Below, piece by piece: positions 52,001 to 61,000 of a stretch of 64,000 nt of DNA. Within the stretch, counting starts at the first letter, position 1. Each line of letters opens with the position of its first letter. The stretch lies in assembly GCA_024231215.1 (NCBI GenBank), contig JAAEQR010000072.1, forward strand, positions 193,210 to 257,209, given 5' to 3'. Source of the stretch: PVC group bacterium. Its GTDB lineage: Bacteria; Omnitrophota; Gorgyraeia; B26-G9. Made by a program: the position numbers and the translations under genes. The notes below the pieces were generated by a model, which saw only the letters and a list, made by a program, of their open reading frames with translations, had not been told where the DNA came from and did no database searches.

Positions 52001-55000
52001 ATTTAAAGGTTATACCAGGGGAATGGTGTTGAATTTGGTTATTGTTACGGCAGTTGAAGTTATTGGAGCCGTGGCGTTTACATTGCTTACTGGTGGATTT
52101 GGAGCCGGAGTATCAGGGGGAATCTTAGCTGGAAAATGGGGGATCCGGATAAATCGGGCTGCAAAAATGGCTTTGCTTTTCGGAGGTATGATGGCAGCTA
52201 CTCGTGTTTCAGTTCACAATGTGAGGAAATTTTTAAAAGAAGGTTCTGCGGCATTTTCTGATTATTCTATGCTTGAAGATTTCCTTGCTCCGGCAGCGCA
52301 GGGATATCAGAGTGGGAAATGGGTAGGCTATTTCATGGGCGGTGTTGGAGGTATGACGGTAAAAAGTTTAAAGGGAATGCTCTATCTTGGTAAGAAAGAA
52401 TTAGCTAATAAAACTGCTTTGAAGATTTTTGGTCGGACAATAATAAAAGAAGGCATACTTAAACATAGTCAGCAAGTTTTTATTGGATATTTTACAGCGG
52501 GAACAATTGCTCATGCTACCTATGATGTAATTAAACAAGGGTGGAGAGACGGTAAGACCTGGGGAGCAATTAATTGGAAGGATGTGGCTATTGATGCGGT
52601 AACTTTTGGCGGTGAATCTGCATTTTTAGGGACATTAGGCAGAACTATGAGTACTGGATCTGGGATAATGCATAGTAAGATGATGAATAAACCTGCAATA
52701 GAGAAAATTACTAGATCAGATATTATTGGAAAGACTTATACTGAAGGCAAAGTTTTGAAAAATTTCTTTTATACAACTTTCCCAGGGGCCAAGACTTTTG
52801 GAGCTAATTTGTTAGCAGGTGATTCCATAAAGTCCCGGGCGGCACGATATTTATTAGCTGAGCGCATGTTTAGTACTGCTAATGTATTACTTGATTTTAA
52901 TATCTTTGGGAAAATGGTTGTTTCTCCGTCAATGGATATTTGGCGTGGAAGCGGTGGAGAAAAGGTTGAAGATAAGTTTGCTTATAAGATGTTGGCTGGA
53001 TTTGGAGAAGGCGAAGCCGGAGATAGCTGGATGCAGGGCATGCAATTTGGCGGCAGTTTAGCATTTTTTAGTAAGGGAAGTGAATTCATTGAAGCTGGCT
53101 GGTCTAATATGACTAAGAAGGTTTCAATGGGTAAAACACTTAGTCGTCTTAAAATGAGGTCTTACGATAAGTTGCCGGGAACATTTAGACAGCTTACTTC
53201 TGGAACTATAAAAGAAGCGTTTATTGAAGGTCCGATTGCGCATATGCTTGTAAATAGCGGTATAGTTCATCCATATCTCGCGGAAATGTTGGTGGAATTT
53301 ATTCCCGGGGATGGTGGAGCTGATGCAGCTCTTTTTGCGAAGCATGCTGGGGTTTCTACGATGGAAGCAGTTGATATGCATGCTGTTTTGGAAATGGGTA
53401 AAAATACAAGAATAAATCAGATAGTAACGAATAAAGATAGATTACAGGAACTTGCGACAGAATCGAATATTGACGCAGAAAAATTAGGTAAGATGAGTGC
53501 TTTTGATTGGATGACTTCAATGAATACATCTACAGAAAATTCTTCTACTACGTATACAATGTCTGGAGCTTTTGAAACTATTTCCAAAGGGAGCATTACT
53601 ACAGTATCTGACGTGGTGAATTTACACGGAGATAATTCGCATGGATTTATGAAGGATTGCGGGTTTAAAATGGTTTCAATGGCTCATGGTGGCATAGTTG
53701 TAAAAGATATGATTAAGAGTGGTAGTACAAAAGACGGTAATCTGATAGAAGATACAATTATGAGTTTTACTACTGATGATGTTGCGTATATAACTGGAAA
53801 AAGTATTATGGAACTTGGATTGGATAAAGATACTTATTCCGGTAAAACATTAACTCAAGCTGTTGAGCAATTGAACAGTACTGGAGAAGGCAGAATTAGC
53901 CAAAATGAGTTTCTTGAGCTGATAGGGATGAATAATGTTACATTAAGCAGCATTGCAAAATTGCCGGGTTTTCAGGGAATGAAGAAGTCTGAAGTAGCCA
54001 AGGAACTTGGCTTTGAAAAATATAATCCGCATATTCTTTTTTCTAACGATTCATTCCTAGATTTTATGGTAAAAACGGAAATTCTTCCGGTTTATAAATC
54101 AATGGAGAATATGAGTGATTCATATAGGCATATGGCATTGCAGGAACTGGGATTGCTTACTGTCGAGGGAACAACAATTTTCGAACAGCTTGATCAGATG
54201 AAACAGATTCAACAGAAATTGGAAGCAGCGGGTACAACTATTGATAACGCTAGTTTAGAACAAGTTGCTCGCGCGGCAGATAAAAATAATGATCTTGTTA
54301 AGATGTTTGAGGGCAATACAGAATACCAGTATAACAGAGTTAATGCGGCTAGGATTGAAATTGCTAAAGATGCGCAGGGGGAAATAATTACGGATAATGC
54401 TACTAAGCAAGCTAAGATAAGGATGCAAGTTGGTAAAGAATCCCAGGTGCTTAGTTTGACTGATTTTAATAAACAGATTATGGAATTCAGCCGTATTCCG
54501 TATGCAACAATAGACATCGGTGATGGCAAGTCACGGCGTAAGATAGATATTTCTAAGATGAATCCGGAAGTTTTGATTAAGAATCAAAATGGGAACCACC
54601 AGCTGGTAATAACCCTGATGGATACTTCGGTATCAGATCTTGCGAATTTAGGAGTGCAAGGCAGTTCTGAAATCAGAGTTGATAGTAATAATAACGCGGA
54701 AGTCTTTCTAACTACAACTAATGGACGTTATTATAAAACCGGAAAAGTTCTTTTGCAGGATCATCTGGTGCAAGCAGGTATAGTTGATAATGCGCAGGCT
54801 GCGGATCAATTACTGCAAGATCTATTTAATGAAGGAAATGGATTTGTTGATAGAAACGGGGTTATCAATATTAACAAACTTGAAGCAGTAGAAAAAGCTT
54901 ATAATGCAACCATAGAAAAGACAGATAGTGTTGAGATTAAAGAGCAACAACAGCAGTTAGTTAACTTTTTACAGCAGAGTATGGGAAAAACAACCACATT

Positions 55001-58000
55001 TATTTTAGGTAATGATGGGAACTATACTGTAGGACAAAAAGCTGAAATACTAAGTGTGTTATTACAGACTGCGGATCAGGGAATAATGCAGGTAAGGTTT
55101 GATCTGGAGGCATCTGGGCTTGAAAACTTAACAGCCAATGATATTAAAGAGGCTCAAAACGTAGAAGCAAAGATAAATAATGAGATCCAAGGCATGTTTG
55201 GTTACCGCAGAGTAGTGCTTGAGAAAGGAACTCTTAACAAGATTGTGGGTACTGATAGGGCCTTACTAGAAAATCTAGTCAAGTCCGGATATGTTTCTGT
55301 AAGAGAAATAAAAAATGTAAAAACTTATGCGATTACACGTAAATTTGTTGATTTAAAGAATTCAGATGGTATGGAAATATCAGGAGTATCTGCAGAGCAG
55401 AAGAATCTAGTATTTAATACATTACGTAATGAATTTGATAGTCATAGTCAGGATAAATCTTCATATACTCCGCTTATTCAGGAAGGGGTAAATCAGGTAG
55501 ATGCTGTATTAAATCTGATTATTAATCCGAATACATTATTCAGGATCCCGACTGGAACCGGAAAAACATATTATATCTTTACAGCAGCAGCTTCGATTAA
55601 TAAAGCATTAGGTCGAAAGACTGTATACGTGGTGCATGATTTGAATCAGTTTTCTATACAGGCAGATGATGAATCCCGTGCAAATTGGTTTGAATATAAC
55701 GGAATGAAATGGGCAACGATATCCAACGGCCAGAATAATCTTGTCGGTGATCATCACTTTGAACTCAATGCTTTGGAAGCAAATAAAAATGGAGAAGCAC
55801 AGCGATTGCAGGAAAACAGTGATGTGATAATCATGTCTGCGGATGTACTTTCCTTCTTTGAAAATGCTTTGGGTAAAGAAAAAGGTTCTGAAACTACGCA
55901 TATGCAGAAAACATGGGATACGATTTTTGGGAATAATACCATGTTGTTATTTGATGAAGCAGATACGATTTTCTTTAAACAGAGAGCCCAGTCAGGAGAA
56001 GGCGCTAAATCGCTTACTATAGAGAATAAGTTAATTCAAAGAGGTGTGCATTATGAATTTATAGGTAATACATTAGGTTTATGGGGGAAAATCAACAAAA
56101 GTGATTTTAGTGAAACTGAATTGAATCAGATGCATGATGAAGGATATATTAATAAGGATACGGGAAATATTCAGTATGGTTTTGTGCATTTGGTGAGAAC
56201 TAGTGATAAATCAGCAGATAGCAGAAAAACTTTATCTGGGGCTTTGGAAACAAAATTAAGTGATATTGTTAACAAACAAGATTCTCAGGGGCAAACCTTG
56301 TTGACTAAACCTGGAGAACAAATGGACCATCTAAGGTCAATGCTAACGGCTACCTATACTGTGTATAATTGGGAGGGGACAAAAATTGTTCCCCAGAAAA
56401 AAGCCTCTTATATAGAGTACAAACAGGACAAACAGAAGGCTGAAAAAGAAGGAAATCAGGTTGTTGTTACTGGATTTATGTTTAATCAAGAGCTTGTCGA
56501 TCAGTATAAAGGCTGGGTGGAAAAACAATTACCCGGAGATGTAAAGATTGATGATATAGAAAATCCAACTAATATTTCCGAAGAGAATAAGCATAAAGTG
56601 CGTGAATACCGTCGTTCTTTAAAGGCTGTGGCTAAGGTAATATTGCAAGTAGATGGTATTGATGTTGGATATGATCCTGATTCTGGATTAATTCGTCCAG
56701 CTCCGGGTGGTGTTGTTACTCCGGAACTTCAGCTTCAGGATCCTTATTTTGCGGGGCATACACAGTTATTATTTGCCGAAATGAGAGATGTCGAGCAGTC
56801 AGCTATAACTAAGCGTTATGAAAAGGAACTTAAAGCTCAACAGCAAAAAGATGTTAAAGCAGATGCGGAAGACCTGAAATATGCGGATAATTTATATAAA
56901 GTGACAGTATCTGACTGGTCTCGTGTAACTACTATAGATAAGAGTATACGCCGGGCGATGGCTTCCGGCGCTAATATTTGCGGGTTTACCGGTACTTATG
57001 ATGCGGTAACAGACATGGCTTTTCAGCTTTATGGCTTACGTCATAAGTATATGGGGAATAAGTTCCAGTATATCACTTCTATCAGCTGTGATGATCTGGT
57101 GAAAAACGGCGTAGAGGAATCCGCTGCTGATGCTGTATTTAACGACCTTTTTCAGCAGGGATATATTAATAAAGACGGTGTTGTTAGAATAGAGAAATTC
57201 TATGAACTAAATAATGCTTCTGAGTTACAGTTATCTACTCAGGATACGTTTTTACAGAACGCTGTGTTTAATACTTTGAACAATGCTCAGGAAGGCAGAA
57301 TAAATCATGTTTATGAAGCTGATAACTCAGCAAATGCTTTAGAGCATGTATTTAATGATATTGCGGCTAAGGTAATTAAGAACGGTTATATTATGAATGG
57401 TATGCAAACGTTCAATGAAGGTGAAATCAGTAAGAATGTTGTTAATAATTTTGAATCGCTGTTTGCAAATAATCTGAAGAATTTTGTAATTAATAAAGAG
57501 ACTGGAGCAGCGGAGCTAACTGTTGTGGTTAAAGATCAGAAAACAGAATGGGATGTGTATAGAATCCACTATGACCATCAGATAGGAAAAATAGATGTCG
57601 AACATGTGAAGACTCAGGATAAACAAGGTCTCGAAACAACAAAACATAAAACTGGTAAGATTCAGAAATATATGGAAAATCATCAGAATGTATTTTTCTA
57701 TCTTAACCCTTCGGCGAGTAGAGCTACTGATATTGAATCGGTGCATAGTTGGTTAAGCGAGCAGCAAGCAAAATCTATGGAAGCAGATGATTTAAAATCA
57801 GCGGTCAGGAGTAATCTAAAAAACTATGCTCTCTGTGATCGGGAATCCACCAGATGGATGTTTGAACAGTTGGCTGGCCGTGACCGCGGGGCACGAAATA
57901 ATAGCGGCCAACGCGATAACTTTGTTACGATAAACGGACAGAAAATATATCATGACCTTGATGTTTATGTGGTTGACCCGGCGGCACAGTCAGGTGTTAA

Positions 58001-61000
58001 TGATTTTGCCGAAAGCCATGAAGCAGCAATCAGCAAATTTAGATCAATGCTGGGCAATGCCGATATTATTGCGAAACAGAAGTCATTGTACAAGAACATG
58101 TCTGACTTGATGTATTCTAAGGTAGCGGAATATGTGGAAGATTTAAAGGATACGATTTATCGGGAGGTTAAGGAAAAACAGAATAAGGCTGCTAGCAAGA
58201 GACAGGAAAAAAAGATTGGCTGGCTGGCAAATACAGAACAGCAAGTAGCGATATTAGAATCTTATTTAGGTGAATACCAAAATACTATTGGCGTCGACGA
58301 TAAATTTGGCGTTCCTGAAACAGCAGCTACTCCTCAGGAGGCTTTACAGAATGTTGTAGATAGCTTTAGAATGTTTTTAAAGGAGAAAGTTGTTGTTGAT
58401 GAGAAATTTGGTTTCTTATCGAAAAATATACAGGCTTCTTTGATCAGTGAGTCGAAAGCGACTAATTCGATTCAGTTGAAACGAGAGATTAAAAATCACA
58501 CCGGTGGGATCTCTTTTGGTATGACTTTATCAGATACAGTAGATCTTATTTCCGAAAATATTACTGAGCATGATCTTCCGATAAGAATTACTGAAGCTGG
58601 ATCTGATCAAAATATGGTTTTTGTCGGAAAACAATGGAGTGATTTAGAGACTGGTGAGTTGTCTAATATGACTTCTAAACAAAGAGGTATGGTAAAGAAA
58701 AAACTGATAAATTCCGGGCATATGAGTGTTGATGGAATAGTGAGCAGTAGCGGAGTGGGAACTGCTACGCATTCAGCTAATATTTTTAAACGTTTAGGCC
58801 AAGGTATGGTGCTTAAGATTATCAGTAATCTATTCAAAGGCGCAACTGGCGGAGGGGATGATGAAAAGGCTTTTGCATTGGTTGATATCCTAACCAGTAA
58901 TAATATATTATCTTTAGGCCGTAATAATTTTGAAGGAGTATTTAATCAGCTACAGTCTGCGGCAGAATTAATAGAGAAAGGGGTTGTTTTAAAAGATGTA
59001 ATTTCTGAGCAGGATATTATACGTAGTTTAACTTCAACTAAGCCGCACGCATTTTTTGAATTATTAGCTCAAAATATGACAAGCACAGCAATAGGAAAAG
59101 ACTGTTCGGGTATAGCTAATAAATATATCAAAGGAGATCGCAATTTTTCTAATATTGAAGTATCGGCGCAAAGATTATTAGATAGAATTTCTTTGTATAA
59201 AGATGGGCAGATAGATGCAATTACATTTATGCCAATGCATATAGGGAAACGATTTCTCTTTGAACAGACAAAAGATGATAAGTCAATTGACCTTGAAAAA
59301 TCATTGTCTAACTTTGTTGTTTCTACAATAGGTTCTGTAGCACTTATTGTTGCTTTGACGGCAGGTAATTTACTGCGCTCTACTTTTGGGGAAATAACGG
59401 GTGGGTTGCTAGGCATGGCTGTTTTTCCATTGTATATAATTGTTTCTGCCGGAATAACTGCTGCTTCTATCCCTGTTCAGAAAATTTTCAGGGATCAAGC
59501 TGGTAAGTCTGCCCTAACAAAGTTAAAAAATGCAGAAAAAGGAATGGCAGCGACTTTTGATAGTTATGTTGCTGCTGTAAGAAAACTTGGATGTAGCTCT
59601 GAAATCAAAAATAGCATGTTAAGTCTGGTAAAACCGGGGCTTAAACTGGATACAATAAGCAGGGCAGAAAGAATCAGAGACAATCTTCTTAATGTTAAAG
59701 GGCTTTCCCCGAAAGCTAAAGGGATTATTGATAAACTTACATTTAAAGAATTGGTGGATTTTAATAGTATATCGCAAGATAAACAAAAGGTGATTGTCAA
59801 TGCTTTGGCTGAAAATAAGGATAAGGTAGAAGAATTAAATAAGGCTATAACAGATGTCTCTTCACAAAAATTTTCACAGGATCGTTTGGGACTTGTGGAT
59901 GTAGTTATGGATAATTTATCTGATATTAAGATTAAGGTTGATGATAAAACACAGCGGGTAGCTTCCACAAAAGAGAAACTGGATCTGGTCAATTGGCTAG
60001 GCGGAACCAATTATAGTGACGTTGATTACTTTGGTTATGTATTACAAAAAGGCGAGATTGATACAAAACAAGCAGAAACAAAGGTGCGAGAGGCAGTAGA
60101 TCAGCTCATGGAAGTGGTGAGTAAGGAAACTTCTACTGAAAAGGAAGAAATAGATAAAGTCCAAGCAAGATTCTATTTGGCGGACGCTTATTCCAATAAA
60201 GATTTGATTGAAGTAATGAGTGTTGTTAATCAGGAAGAAAGTTTTGCTAAAGCCGGAGAACAGTTAAAGTCAGCAGTTACAGAATCCAGGCAGATTATAG
60301 ATGAGAAAACATCAAAAAGGCTAACTGCTAAAGCATATTTAAAATTAATTAGTCTATATGCTAAAGAAGATGCGTTAAAAGGGAATAAGCAAGAAGAAAG
60401 TGTTCAGATCAGACAAATCAAGGATATCTGTGCAGAGATGGAGCAGTTAGCAGATAAAGGTGGACTTAATCGTGATTCTGTTATTGATGCACATATGGTT
60501 TTAGCTCAGGTATATGCTGACCGGGGCTGGACAAGTGAGGCAGAAGCAGAGTATAACAAAATAATTAATAGTGATGCAAACGTAGAGACAAAGATAAAAG
60601 CACTTGGCCGACAGGTGATCATTCTTGCTAGACAGAATAAGTTTGATGTAAATGGCGAAAATCATGTAGAAAAAACAGTTAATAAACTTGAAGAACTAGT
60701 AGCTAGCTCAAAAACAGACACAAAGGGTGATCAGTTTATGCAGATGTTTTCTGCGGCAAAGAAGGCGGCAGTTGATATTATAAAAGCTTTTGCTAAAGGA
60801 GAAAATGATTTTTCTAAATTCCAGGATGAGTATGGATTTATTAAAGTTTCTCTGGCTGAGATCATTGGTGCGGAAACAGTATTTAATGAGATCAAATCAA
60901 GTGTTGATAAATACAAAAATGGAAACGATGCAAATAGTGTTCCGGATGTGATCAAAGCAGTATTAGCAGATAAATTTATAGAAAAAATTAACCCGGAACA

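Noticed and set aside
55953-55964. Classical DEAD-box RNA helicase
   Set aside because: Despite the literal DEAD, there is no SAT or HRIGR; motifs III, V and VI (GFTGT, SRATDI, QLAGR) fit SecA better.
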